Source: Candidatus Aenigmatarchaeota archaeon (lineage in GTDB: Archaea; Aenigmatarchaeota; Aenigmatarchaeia; CG10238-14; SCSR01). Taken from it: DNA of 53,817 nucleotides. The DNA lies in NCBI GenBank assembly GCA_030017875.1, contig JASEGQ010000001.1, positions 1 through 53,817 of the forward strand, written 5' to 3'. Below, in pieces: positions 8,261 to 18,199 of this stretch; position 1 is the stretch's first letter, and the number at the start of each line of letters is the position of its first letter. The notes under the pieces are model-generated. The model worked only from the letters and a program-made list of their open reading frames with translations. It did no database searches and was not told the DNA's origin. Position numbers and translations under genes: made by a program.

Positions 8261-10249
8261 ATGCTGCTAATTGCGCATGTTGCAGGAATAACTTCAATCG
8301 CAGCTTCCATATACTTGTTTTACTACATCAACAAGCAGGATAGAGGAAATAAGAAAATGATAGAAATTTCTGAAGCGATAAGAATAGGTGCAGATGCTTA
8401 TCTCAAAAGGCAAAACATTACTCTAGCTGGTTTTGTTTTTGTCATGGCAATAATTATTGGAATTCTGCTTGGCTTTAACGTAGCTTTAGCTTATATCTTT
8501 GGAGCAATTTGCACAACAATAGCAAGTTTTTTTGGGATGGCTGCTGCGGTAAGAGCAAATGTAAGAACTGCAAATGCTGCTAGGAAAAGCCTAAAAAAAG
8601 CTTTTTCTGTTGGCTTTTACGGAGGAGCAATAACTGGCTTGTCTATAGTTGGAATGGCTTTGCTCGGAGTAAGTATACTTTATTATTTTTATCCAGAGCA
8701 TCTTGATGTAATTTTAGGTTTTAGCTTTGGTGCATCTTCTCTAGCCCTATTCGCAAAAGCTGGTGGAGGTATTTATACAAAAACTGCTGATATCAGCGCG
8801 GATTTAGTCGGTAAAGTAGAACTAGGCATACCGGAAGATGATCCAAGGAATCCAGCTGTCATTGCAGATAATGTTGGCGATAATGTTGGAGATGTGGCTG
8901 GAATGGGTGCAGACTTGATCGACTCTTATATCGCTTGCTTGGTAGCAGCGATGATACTAGGAGCTACAATGGGGGTAACTTTTGTTGTCCTTCCCTTGCT
9001 GATAGCAGCAATTGGCACATTTGCTTCACTAATTGGAATGTTTTTTACTAGATTTAAAAGGGATAACCCTGGTGCAGCTTTGAACAGGGGAACTTTTTCA
9101 ACTTTTCTCTTTTTCACAATTCTTACGTTTTTACTAGTTTATTCCTTGGGAATTGGAGATAGGGGTTTAGGTGTATTTTTTGCAACTCTAGCCGGGTTAA
9201 TTGCTGGTATGATAATAGGAATCACAACTGACTATTTTACTTCGATAGACAGAACTCCTGTTTTAAGAACAGCAGAAGCTGCAAAATCAGGAGCTGCGAT
9301 AAACATTTTATCAGGATTTTCATATGGAATGATGAGTGTTGTCCCTCCTGTAATTGGGATATGCGCTGCCATCCTAGCTTCATGGTATCTTGCCGGAATT
9401 TATGGTGTTAGTAATGTGTATGGCGTTGCTATTTCTGCTGTAGGAATGCTATCGATAGTCGGAATGATAATCTCTGCGGACGCTTATGGCCCTATTGTTG
9501 ATAACTCAAAAGGCATAGCTGAACAGTCAGGGTTAGGAGGAAAAGTTATAAGAATAGCTGATAGATTAGATGCAGCTGGCAATACTGCAAAAGCAATAAC
9601 AAAAGGTTTTGCTATAGGTGCAGCAGCTTTAACTGTTCTCTCCCTTTTTGTAGCATATTCAGAGTTAGTTGGGATTAAAAGTTTAGATTTGATAAACCCA
9701 TACGTGATAGTTGGTGTTTTTATTGGTGCGATAACTCCACCATTCCTTTGTGCTTTATTAATTCTTGGTGTTGAAAAGAACGCCTCTCGTATGGTCGAAG
9801 AGGTCAGGAGGCAGTTCAGGGAAATTCCTGGTTTGGTAAAAGGAAAAACAAAACCAGACTATGCTAAATGTGTTGACATAGCAGCTAAGGGAGCGCTAAA
9901 AGAACTTATAACCCCCTGTGTTCTTGCGATAGTTGTTCCTATCGCAGTTGGTTTTTTGCTTGGAAAGCATGCCCTAGGAGGATTTTTAGGAGGAAGTATT
10001 TTTACAGGAATCATATTTGCATTACTTATGGCAAATTCTGGCGGAACATGGGATAATGCTAAAAAATATATAGAAGCAGGATTTTTAGGTGGCAAGGGTT
10101 CAGAAGCCCATAAATCAGCAGTGATAGGCGACACAGTAGGAGATCCTTTTAAAGATACTGCTGGCCCTACAATTAACACTTTAATAACTGTTATGGCTCT
10201 GAGTGCATCTGTTTTTGCTCCTTTGATTGTCGTGTATGCTTTAGTATGA
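8261..10249 (+). CDS. hppA: Membrane-bound proton/sodium-translocating pyrophosphatase
   Basis: 662 aa and polytopic, with signature motifs DNVGDNVGDVAGMGADL, DNAKKYIE and GDTVGDPFKDTAGP. Confidence 0.95.
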   Translation: MLLIAHVAGITSIAASIYLFYYINKQDRGNKKMIEISEAIRIGADAYLKRQNITLAGFVFVMAIIIGILLGFNVALAYIFGAICTTIASFFGMAAAVRANVRTANAARKSLKKAFSVGFYGGAITGLSIVGMALLGVSILYYFYPEHLDVILGFSFGASSLALFAKAGGGIYTKTADISADLVGKVELGIPEDDPRNPAVIADNVGDNVGDVAGMGADLIDSYIACLVAAMILGATMGVTFVVLPLLIAAIGTFASLIGMFFTRFKRDNPGAALNRGTFSTFLFFTILTFLLVYSLGIGDRGLGVFFATLAGLIAGMIIGITTDYFTSIDRTPVLRTAEAAKSGAAINILSGFSYGMMSVVPPVIGICAAILASWYLAGIYGVSNVYGVAISAVGMLSIVGMIISADAYGPIVDNSKGIAEQSGLGGKVIRIADRLDAAGNTAKAITKGFAIGAAALTVLSLFVAYSELVGIKSLDLINPYVIVGVFIGAITPPFLCALLILGVEKNASRMVEEVRRQFREIPGLVKGKTKPDYAKCVDIAAKGALKELITPCVLAIVVPIAVGFLLGKHALGGFLGGSIFTGIIFALLMANSGGTWDNAKKYIEAGFLGGKGSEAHKSAVIGDTVGDPFKDTAGPTINTLITVMALSASVFAPLIVVYALV

Positions 10250-10286
10250 TATTTAAGCTTGCATTTAAAAAGAATAAAGTGATCAT

Positions 10287-10841
10287 ATGTATAGGATTTT
10301 CACAGTTGAAGAAAGGATAAGGGTTCCTCCCGAAAAGCTTAAAATGAAAGTTAGGGACGCTGTAAGAGAAAGTATAGCAGATAAGTTTGAAGGTTTGGTA
10401 GATCCAAGGCTTGGAGTAATTCTTTCTGTTGTTTCTGTAGAAAAAGTTGGAGAAGGAAGAATTGTAGCTGGCGACCCAGGAGTTTTTTACAATTCAACTT
10501 TTAAGCTCTTGACTTTTAAGCCAGAATTAAATGAGCTCACTTACGGAGAAGTTATTGACAACACAGAATTTGGTTCTTTTGTTAGGATCGGACCAATGGA
10601 TGGCTTGATCCACATCTCTCAGATTATGGATGACTTTGTTAGCTATGACAGCAAGAACGCTGTTTTTCTTGGAAAAGAAACGAAGAGAACTTTGAAAGAA
10701 GGTGATAAGGTAAGAGCAAGGGTTATTGCTGTTAGTTTTGGAAAGGAGGAAAACAAAATCGGCTTAACGATGAGGCAGAGCGGGTTGGGCAACATTTTGT
10801 GGTTAGAGGAAGAAAAGAAAAAAGCAAAGAAGGGTAAATAA
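10287..10841 (+). CDS. rpoE: DNA-directed RNA polymerase subunit E' (Rpo7)
   Basis: An Rpb7-like N-domain plus an S1 domain (GEVIDNTEFGSFVRIGPMDGLIHISQI). Followed by Spt4/E''. Confidence 0.85.
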   Translation: MYRIFTVEERIRVPPEKLKMKVRDAVRESIADKFEGLVDPRLGVILSVVSVEKVGEGRIVAGDPGVFYNSTFKLLTFKPELNELTYGEVIDNTEFGSFVRIGPMDGLIHISQIMDDFVSYDSKNAVFLGKETKRTLKEGDKVRARVIAVSFGKEENKIGLTMRQSGLGNILWLEEEKKKAKKGK

Positions 10842-11029
10842 TGGCTAGGAGAACACAAGTTTGTAGAAATTGTAGGAGATTCACAACAGAGCAAGCTTGC
10901 CCAGTCTGCAAATCAACAAACCTATCAACGAGTTGGAAGGGTTTGGTTGTTATAGTTAGCATAGAGAGTGAAGTTGCAAAGATGCTAAAGGTGAATGAGC
11001 CAGGAAGGTATGCTTTGTACGTAGGCTAA
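10841..11029 (+). CDS. spt4: Transcription elongation factor Spt4 / RNAP subunit E''
   Basis: 62 aa zinc ribbon CRNC...CPVC followed by SWKGLVVI. The ATG overlaps the rpoE stop (TAATG). Confidence 0.8.
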   Translation: MARRTQVCRNCRRFTTEQACPVCKSTNLSTSWKGLVVIVSIESEVAKMLKVNEPGRYALYVG

Positions 11030-11977
11030 TCACTTGTACTTTCCGTTCAAGAATTCTTTCTTGCTTCTCAGATATTCATAAGCTGATAGAGCTGCTTTTG
11101 CTCCCTCTCCTGCAGCGATAATAATCTGTTTGTAAGTTGTATCAGTAACATCACCAGCAGCAAAAATTCCAGGCACAGAAGTCTTGCAATCCTTATCAAC
11201 TATTATTTCTTTTCTCTCGTTTAATTTCACTGGAAGCTCTATGTCTGTTCCTGGCTTCAAACCTATCTCAACAAACACACCTCTAACTTCCAACTTAAAT
11301 CTTTTGTTTGTAACTATGTCTTGAACCTCGACACTTCTCACCACTGTATCTCCCTGTATAGAAGCGATCTTACAATTGTTAAAAACTCTCACGTATGGAA
11401 GCTTCATTACTTTTTCTCTTGCTATCTCATCCCCTCCGAGGTTTGGTGTAATATTGACTAAATAAATCTCTTTCGTGAATTTCGATAACTGCAAAACAGC
11501 GTCCAGAGCAGAGTTGCCTCCACCAACTACTACAACAGGTAAGTCTTTAAAGATAGGGGCATCACAGATAGCGCAATAAGTTACTCCTCTCCCGATGAAC
11601 TCTTTCTCTCCTGGGCAATTAAGAGCAAGAGGAGTTTTCCCAGAGGCTATTATTACAGAGTTTGCTAGATAATTGTACCTGTCCGTTTCTACAGAGAAGA
11701 GCTCGCCTTCTATTCTCACAGCCTTTACCCTTTCATGCTTTAACTCTATACCAAAGGTTTGCATGTGTTCATCAAACTTTTTAACAAGCTCAGGACCTGT
11801 GATCATTCTATATCCTAGGTAGTTCTCAATAGAAGAAGATAGAGAGGCTTGTCCTCCCAGATCTTGAGATAGAACCAAAACATCGAGTTTTTTCCTCGCC
11901 AGATATATGCTTGCAGTTATCCCAGCAGGGCCTGCGCCGATTATTATACAGTCATAAGGAACAATAGACGCTTCCAT
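11030..11977 (-). CDS. trxB: Thioredoxin reductase
   Basis: FAD motif IIIGAGPAG, redox-active CAIC in TYCAICDAP, NADPH motif VVGGGNSA, and C-terminal GDVTD. Confidence 0.85.
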   Translation of the reverse strand: MEASIVPYDCIIIGAGPAGITASIYLARKKLDVLVLSQDLGGQASLSSSIENYLGYRMITGPELVKKFDEHMQTFGIELKHERVKAVRIEGELFSVETDRYNYLANSVIIASGKTPLALNCPGEKEFIGRGVTYCAICDAPIFKDLPVVVVGGGNSALDAVLQLSKFTKEIYLVNITPNLGGDEIAREKVMKLPYVRVFNNCKIASIQGDTVVRSVEVQDIVTNKRFKLEVRGVFVEIGLKPGTDIELPVKLNERKEIIVDKDCKTSVPGIFAAGDVTDTTYKQIIIAAGEGAKAALSAYEYLRSKKEFLNGKYK

Positions 11978-12011
11978 AAAATTAATTTCTTAAGTTGAGT
12001 AATAAATTATT

Positions 12012-12509
12012 ATGGTTAAGGCTTTGTTCATCACTCGCGCGCAGCCGTTCCACAAAGGCCATTTGCACGCGATAAAAGAGGCGATGAAAAAGTTTGATGA
12101 ATTGGTAATCGGGATTGGTAGTTCAAACGAGAGCAACACATGGAAAAACCCGTTTTCCTTTGAAGAGAGAGTGGAGATGATCAAAAGGGCAGGAGTTAGG
12201 TGCAAGGTTATCGGCATACCAGATGTCGAGAGCGATAAGAAGTGGGTGAAGCAGATCTTGGAGATGGAAGATTTTGATGTTGTAATAACTGGAAGTGAAT
12301 GGGTAAAGAGATGCTTCTCTGGGATTAAGGAAGTAAGAAAGCCAAACTTTTTGTTGCTGGAGATATACAATGGAACAAGAATAAAGGAAAAAATTGTTAG
12401 AGACGAAGAATGGGAAGATCTTGTTCCAAGAAAGGTTGCCAACTTTATAAAAAAATTAGGTGGAACAAAAAGAATTAAGAAACTAGCTGAAAAAGAATTA
12501 GAGTTTTAA
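12012..12509 (+). CDS. nadM: Nicotinamide-nucleotide adenylyltransferase (archaeal type)
   Basis: The RAQPFHKGHLHAI nucleotidyltransferase (H/T)xGH motif, about 165 aa, archaeal NMNAT layout. Confidence 0.8.
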   Translation: MVKALFITRAQPFHKGHLHAIKEAMKKFDELVIGIGSSNESNTWKNPFSFEERVEMIKRAGVRCKVIGIPDVESDKKWVKQILEMEDFDVVITGSEWVKRCFSGIKEVRKPNFLLLEIYNGTRIKEKIVRDEEWEDLVPRKVANFIKKLGGTKRIKKLAEKELEF

Positions 12510-12511
12510 AA

Positions 12512-13876
12512 TTATTTCCCTGCATATGGCTTGAATATTTTTTCCAAATTGGAAAATATTGAATCTGTTCTTCCTTTCCATTCATTAAAACCATAGGGAG
12601 AACTCGGATAGTTTAAGCAATGGGTTTTGATTTCTTCCATAACATTTTTTATATAATTAAGATTATCAAGAAGTTTGGGTCTTCCTAGACCTCTAATGAT
12701 CCTTCCAGTCTTATCAAATATATTTAATCTAAGCTCTCCTTTTGTTGACAGAGTAATAAGGTCATCTTCTTTTATTATCCTACGCTTCATAGCATAGTCC
12801 AAATCTTTTGGAGTAACGCTTTGAAGAAGAAAGCGAAAAGCATCCAACCTACTGTATCTCAGGCCAAAACCATCTCTTTCCGTGTAATGTCTTAAATTAT
12901 ACGACCAAAGAGCTCCCTCGCTTGTATCGCCCTCTTCCAAAGCTTCACATGCTGTATCGCCAGCAAACTTTCCCGTCACAATCGCTGGCCCATTCCCCCC
13001 ACCTGTTATCGGGTTAACAACACTTCCAGCTTCTCCTGCGAATATTATGCCGTTTCGTACAAGGGAAGCTAAAGGCCTTCTTGTGGGTACGTCCATTCTA
13101 CCAGCTTGTTTAATTCCGTTTACTTCCAAAACCTCAGATCCTTTGAACATATCTTTTTTAAGGACAGTCTCATAAAGCCTAACCTTTGGGTCAGGAAATC
13201 CTTCTACTTTCTGAACTCCTAACCCCACGTTAACGCTATCATCGCTCTGTGGGAATAACCAGGCATATCCGCCCGGAAACTTGTCTGGATCTAAATACAT
13301 CTCGCATTTTTCTAGCTCATGCCTAACTTTCCTTATTTCCCTGTAGGCAAGGTTAACATCCTTTTCTTCCACGGTTTCTATGCCTAAAGATGCTGGCAGT
13401 TTTCGTCTGATCAAAGATTTTAGTCCACTCGCATCGATAACGATCTCCGCATAAATTTCCTCACCAAAGCGAGTTTTCACACCTTTCACAAAGTCCTCTT
13501 TAACGATTGCTTCATCGACAATTGTTTTCTCTTTCAGTTCAGCTCCGGCGCTGATTGCTAAATCCAAAAGATACTGGCCAAATGCCACTCTGTCGAGCAT
13601 TCCGCCTACGTAATCTCCTAAGGGTACGTCCCAGAAATAAAGGCTAGGAGAATAAATAATTACTCCATTTATTTTGTTCGTTATCACTTCATTAGGAATT
13701 TTTAGATCAATTCTATCCAGATGATGAAAGCCCAAGGCATTACCGCAGATCTTGTCCCCAACCTTTTCTTTTGACTTTGCATCGATCAAACAAACCTTGA
13801 AGCCCTTTTTGGCAGAAGTGTAAGCAGCCATGCAGCCTGCAGAACCAGCACCAACAACAACCACGTCATATTTCAT
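12512..13876 (-). CDS. FAD-dependent geranylgeranyl reductase family oxidoreductase
   Basis: MKYDVVVVGAGSAGCMAA Rossmann motif and GGR-family length. ATG 13876 is preferred over the ORF-track start at 13927, which adds 17 non-conserved residues. Confidence 0.7.
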   Translation of the reverse strand: MKYDVVVVGAGSAGCMAAYTSAKKGFKVCLIDAKSKEKVGDKICGNALGFHHLDRIDLKIPNEVITNKINGVIIYSPSLYFWDVPLGDYVGGMLDRVAFGQYLLDLAISAGAELKEKTIVDEAIVKEDFVKGVKTRFGEEIYAEIVIDASGLKSLIRRKLPASLGIETVEEKDVNLAYREIRKVRHELEKCEMYLDPDKFPGGYAWLFPQSDDSVNVGLGVQKVEGFPDPKVRLYETVLKKDMFKGSEVLEVNGIKQAGRMDVPTRRPLASLVRNGIIFAGEAGSVVNPITGGGNGPAIVTGKFAGDTACEALEEGDTSEGALWSYNLRHYTERDGFGLRYSRLDAFRFLLQSVTPKDLDYAMKRRIIKEDDLITLSTKGELRLNIFDKTGRIIRGLGRPKLLDNLNYIKNVMEEIKTHCLNYPSSPYGFNEWKGRTDSIFSNLEKIFKPYAGK

Positions 13877-13920
13877 TTGTGTAAATTGGAAAAATAAATT
13901 TAAATATATAATTCTAAAAT

Positions 13921-14256
13921 TCAGCAAGTTAAATGCAAAGCAGCAACAACTTTTTTTGTTTTGAAAAATTTGTTATACATCTCGCATGCCTTTTCAGTAA
14001 TATCAGCTTTCAATTCAACCTTATTTGAGTTAAGATATTCTCTAACTTCTTGCACAATTTCCATCATTCCGCTGTATCCTGTCCCAACAATCAAAATTTT
14101 TGGTTTTACTTTAGTTATTTCTTCGATATCTTCTACCTGCAGCTTATGCCCTTCCTTTCTCCACCAATTAATCACTCTGTTCGGGAAGATTATTACATCA
14201 TTTGTGTATTCCTTGCCGTTTATTACAATTCTACCGAATTCGTAAGATTCTATCAT
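13921..14256 (-). CDS. Mth938-domain protein (DUF498-like)
   Basis: 111 aa. IESYEFGRIVINGKEYTNDVIIFPNRV...KILIVGTG resembles the Mth938 fold family. Confidence 0.65.
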   Translation of the reverse strand: MIESYEFGRIVINGKEYTNDVIIFPNRVINWWRKEGHKLQVEDIEEITKVKPKILIVGTGYSGMMEIVQEVREYLNSNKVELKADITEKACEMYNKFFKTKKVVAALHLTC

Positions 14257-14285
14257 TCTTTCACTTGAAAGTTATCTTGAAATAG

Positions 14286-15128
14286 TTAAAATTTTATGGC
14301 TTCGTGAATAGAAGCAATAAGATCTGTAGCTGTTATACTTTCTCTAAGTTTTTTTGCAGCAATTTCTCCAGCCAGCCCGTTTATATATGCAGAAGCACAA
14401 GCCGAGGTAAAGCAATCGTTACCTCTTGCTAATAATGCTCCACAAATTCCAGCAAGTGTATCTCCCATTCCACCTTTAGTTAAAAATGGAGAACCAGTTT
14501 TGTTCAGAGCAACTTCTTTCCCATTAGAAATGACGTCTACATGGCCTTTCAATAGGATTGTTGTTTTTAGTCTTTCTGCGGTTTCTTTCACAGCTTTAAT
14601 TCTTTGGCTTAAATCTTTGCTTACCTGAATTCCGGACAGTACAAGAAATTCGTGGCTGTGAGGGGTTAAAACTGCGTTTTTATTTTTAATAACCTCTTTT
14701 TTTGTTGCTACTGCATGAATGGCATCAGCATCTATCACGCAGGGTAAATCAATCCTTTCCAAGTACTCGACCACAGTTTCCAAAACCTCTCTTTCTCTTG
14801 TTAAGCCACCGCCAATAACAACTGCATTTTTGTTGTGAGTAAGCTTTACTATTTCGTCTAAATGCTCACCACAAAGATAATCTCCTTTCAAAGGATAAGC
14901 TATCAAGTCTGGAAGAAAGGAAGCAATGATATTTGCTGCCCTTTCTGGTGCTACTATTGTAACTAAATCTACACCTGCTCTTAAAGCTGCCAGAGCATTA
15001 AGTGCAGGAGAGCCAGAGTAGTGTTTGCTCCCGCCGATCACTAATAAATGGCCAAAGTTATATTTGTGACTCCACGGATCTCTTTTCTTATAGATTTTCT
15101 TAAGAATACTCGCCCTAACTACCTCCAT
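14286..15128 (-). CDS. nnrD: NAD(P)H-hydrate dehydratase (YjeF C-terminal kinase-like domain)
   Basis: LVIGGSKHYSGSPALNALAALRAGVDL and C-terminal GGMGDTLAG motifs. Confidence 0.8.
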   Translation of the reverse strand: MEVVRASILKKIYKKRDPWSHKYNFGHLLVIGGSKHYSGSPALNALAALRAGVDLVTIVAPERAANIIASFLPDLIAYPLKGDYLCGEHLDEIVKLTHNKNAVVIGGGLTREREVLETVVEYLERIDLPCVIDADAIHAVATKKEVIKNKNAVLTPHSHEFLVLSGIQVSKDLSQRIKAVKETAERLKTTILLKGHVDVISNGKEVALNKTGSPFLTKGGMGDTLAGICGALLARGNDCFTSACASAYINGLAGEIAAKKLRESITATDLIASIHEAIKF

Positions 15129-15142
15129 AAAAAATATTATCT

Positions 15143-15560
15143 ATGTTTTTTAAATTAAATCAAGAGAGAATGGCATTCAAAAAGCCAGATGAGATAGCTG
15201 AGCAAGTAGTTGAAATTGGTATAAAAAAAGCTAATTTACCTTTGGGAAAAATGTTTGCCCTGGCTTTCCTTGCCGGAGTTTTCATTGCTTTTGGTGCTGA
15301 GCTCTCAACAATAGTTTCTTATGATTTGGGAAATTTCAGTGTTGGCTTTTCTAGATTTTTGGCAGGAAGCGTTTTCTCTTTTGGACTGATGCTAGTTATA
15401 ATTACAGAAGCAGAGCTCTTTTACCGGAAATACTTTGATGGCAATTCCTTTGCTAGAGAAGAGAATTGGCTTTAAACAACTTTTTGAAAAATTGGAGCAA
15501 TATCTCTATAAAAAGCATAGTCAAAATTTATTATCAGAAAAAACTAATTTAAATAGGTGA
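15143..15560 (+). pseudogene. Formate/nitrite transporter (FNT) gene remnant: frameshifted and 3'-truncated
   Basis: The N-terminal about 95 aa look like FNT (FLAGVFIAFGAELSTIV...GLMLVIITEAELF). An extra T after ELF shifts the frame, and the +1 frame continues TGNTLMAIPLLEKRIGFKQLF. Only about a third of a normal FNT length remains before gap starts. Confidence 0.65.
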
Positions 15561-15564
15561 TATT

Positions 15565-16599
15565 TTGACAGTAAAAGTCGTTGTTAACGGTGTAGGTACA
15601 ATAGGAAAAAGAGTTGCTCATGCTGTTAAACTACAAAACGACATGAAGCTCATCGGAATATCAGACGTTGCTGCAACTTCTTGGTTAAGAACAGTATTAG
15701 AGCCAGAGGGTCCTCTTTTCAAAACTGATTTGTATGCTAGCAACAAGGAAGGTATGCAAAAAATGAGAGATGCAGGAATGTATGTTCACGGCTTATTAGA
15801 AGATTTGCTTGCTTCCGGGCAAGTTGATGTTGTTGTTGATTGCACACCAGCTGGAATAGGAGCGAAAAATAAACCACTATACGAAAAGCAAGGAGTTAAA
15901 GTTGTGTATCAAGGTGGAGAAAAAGCAGACGTTGCTCCAATTAGCTTTGTTACGATTGCAAATTACGAAAAGGCTTTGAACGCTCAAGCTGTTAGAGTGG
16001 TGAGCTGCAACACAACTTCCTTGGTTAGAACCCTGCACGCTTTAGATGCTAGATTTGGAATTGAAGAAGTTTTTGCAGTTTTGGTTAGAAGGGCAACAGA
16101 CCCTTGGGACGAAATGTCAGGGCCGATAAATGCTGTTGTTCCAGAAACGCATATTCCTTCTCATCAAGGACCTGATTTGCAGACTGTGATGCCTCATATT
16201 AATATAAAAACAATGGCTTGTAAGGTTCCTTCAACTTTAGCTCATACGCACTTTATTACGGGTAAACTAAGAAGAAAAGCTACAAGCGAGGAGATAAAAA
16301 GAGCATTTGAGGATGCAGGAAGAATCATTCTGTTAAAAGCTGCTAACGGCTATTCTGCTACTTCTAGAATAATTGAGAGATATCGTGACTTGTGTAGGCC
16401 AAGATACGACATGTATGAGGTTGCTGTTTGGGAAGAATCAGTTACAGCAGAAGGAAACAGATTCTATTGGATTCATGCTGTTCACTCTGAGGGGATAGTG
16501 ATTCCAGAAAATATCGATGCGATAAGGGCAGTGACAGGAATCGAAACTGATAAATTCAAGTGTATAGAGAAAACGAATAAATCGCTTGGGATTAAATGA
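15565..16599 (+). CDS. gap: Glyceraldehyde-3-phosphate dehydrogenase, archaeal type II
   Basis: VVVNGVGTIGKRVA Rossmann motif and the catalytic SCNTTSL motif. TTG start follows AGGTGA. Confidence 0.9.
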   Translation: MTVKVVVNGVGTIGKRVAHAVKLQNDMKLIGISDVAATSWLRTVLEPEGPLFKTDLYASNKEGMQKMRDAGMYVHGLLEDLLASGQVDVVVDCTPAGIGAKNKPLYEKQGVKVVYQGGEKADVAPISFVTIANYEKALNAQAVRVVSCNTTSLVRTLHALDARFGIEEVFAVLVRRATDPWDEMSGPINAVVPETHIPSHQGPDLQTVMPHINIKTMACKVPSTLAHTHFITGKLRRKATSEEIKRAFEDAGRIILLKAANGYSATSRIIERYRDLCRPRYDMYEVAVWEESVTAEGNRFYWIHAVHSEGIVIPENIDAIRAVTGIETDKFKCIEKTNKSLGIK

Positions 16600-16952
16600 A
16601 ATTTGCAATGAAAAAATATTGGTTAGTGCCAATAGTATTTTTAGTGATTATCTTAGTCTTGTTCTTTCTACCCTCTTATTTAGTTCCAGAAGGTGTTAAA
16701 CAAAAGACAACAGAACTTTGCATTCAAAAATGTATTGCAGTGATCAATGCTACTGAGATTGCCGATTGGCAAAGAGGGCCCTGTTTACTTAATCCTATAC
16801 CCGAATATCCAGACTGGGTTTGTGATGTTGCTCATTCACCTAGAGAAGCTATAGACAACCAACCAGAAAACCAATGCTCAGCCTACAGAGAAGGCATAGC
16901 AAATCATTTTGTTGAAGTTGACTTGGGTTGCAAGTTAATAAGGGCAGTGTAA
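16596..16952 (+). CDS. Hypothetical membrane-anchored Cys-rich protein
   Basis: An N-terminal TM helix (YWLVPIVFLVIILVLFFL) is followed by an about 85-aa domain with 7 Cys. The ATG overlaps the gap stop (ATGA), and the stop lies 2 nt before the pgk ATG. Confidence 0.5.
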   Translation: MKFAMKKYWLVPIVFLVIILVLFFLPSYLVPEGVKQKTTELCIQKCIAVINATEIADWQRGPCLLNPIPEYPDWVCDVAHSPREAIDNQPENQCSAYREGIANHFVEVDLGCKLIRAV

Positions 16953-16954
16953 AG

Positions 16955-18199
16955 ATGAAGGATTTTTTGACTTTAGATGATGTTGAGGTTAAAGACAAAA
17001 CAGTTCTGGTGAGAGTAGACATAAATGTTCCTTATGATGTTTCTACAAGGCAAATACAAGACTCTGAGAGAATAAGGGAGCATGCAAAGACGGTTAAAGA
17101 GCTAGCAGACAAAGGAGCAAAAGTTGTTGTTTTAGCTCATCAAGGAAGAAAGGGAGATCAAGATTTCATTCATCTGGATCAGCATGCAAAGCTACTAGAG
17201 AAACATTTGGGAAAAGAGGTCCAGTTTGTTGAAGATGTCATAGGAGAAAGGGCAGTAGAAAAGATAAAATCCTTGAAACCTGGAGAAATTCTCCTGCTAG
17301 ATAACGTAAGGTTTTTAGATGATGAAACTGAGGAGAAGACTCCTGAGCAGCATCTAGAAAGCCAAATAGTTCAAAATCTAGCTCAGCTAGCAGACATTTT
17401 TGTTTTAGATGCTTTCTCTGCTTCTCATAGAAGTCATGCCTCAATAGTAGGGTTTACAGAGGCTCTGCCTAGCTACGTAGGGAGGGTGATGGAGAGAGAG
17501 CTGAGTTCCGAGGAAAAAGCATTAGATCCTCTAGGAGTGAATGTCTTTGTTCTTGGAGGAGCCAAGCCTGATGATTGCTTGAATATAATCGAGTATATGT
17601 TTATTAACAAGCCAGGATCAATAGAAAAAGTTTTGACGTGCGGAACAGTAGGAGAAGTTTTTCTAGCAGCAAAAGGATACGATTTGGGAAAAGCAACTCT
17701 AGATTTTTTTGAAAAAAAGGGTTTTCTTAAATTAATACCACAAGCAAAAAAATTGCTCGAAAGATACGAGACTGAAATAGAATTTCCAGTAGACGTTGCG
17801 TTTGAGATGAATGGAGGAAGAAAGGAGATTCCAATAGCAGAATTGCCCGCTGGCTCGATGTTGCTCGATATAGGAAGAATAACAGCACAAAAATATGCAT
17901 CTATCATTAAAAATGCTAGGACAATTGTGGTGAAAGGTCCTGCCGGGGTCTATGAGAAGGAAGGGTTTGAAATCGGTACAAAGCTCTTGCTCCAGGCCAT
18001 AGCAAACTCAAGAGGGTTTTCTCTAATAGGCGGAGGAGACACCTTAGTTGCAATAGAAAAAGTTGGGATCGAACCAAACTATTTTTCTCATGTAAGCTTA
18101 GGTGGTGGAGCTTTGATCGCCTTTCTTTCAGGAAAACCGATGCCTGGGGTAGAAGCACTTAAAGATGCAGCAAAAAAAATAGAAATATGGAAAAAGTAA
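16955..18199 (+). CDS. pgk: Phosphoglycerate kinase
   Basis: VLVRVDINVP, AHQGRKG, LDNVRF, GGAKPDD and GGGDT motifs. Start set at MKDFLTLDDV. Confidence 0.92.
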   Translation: MKDFLTLDDVEVKDKTVLVRVDINVPYDVSTRQIQDSERIREHAKTVKELADKGAKVVVLAHQGRKGDQDFIHLDQHAKLLEKHLGKEVQFVEDVIGERAVEKIKSLKPGEILLLDNVRFLDDETEEKTPEQHLESQIVQNLAQLADIFVLDAFSASHRSHASIVGFTEALPSYVGRVMERELSSEEKALDPLGVNVFVLGGAKPDDCLNIIEYMFINKPGSIEKVLTCGTVGEVFLAAKGYDLGKATLDFFEKKGFLKLIPQAKKLLERYETEIEFPVDVAFEMNGGRKEIPIAELPAGSMLLDIGRITAQKYASIIKNARTIVVKGPAGVYEKEGFEIGTKLLLQAIANSRGFSLIGGGDTLVAIEKVGIEPNYFSHVSLGGGALIAFLSGKPMPGVEALKDAAKKIEIWKK

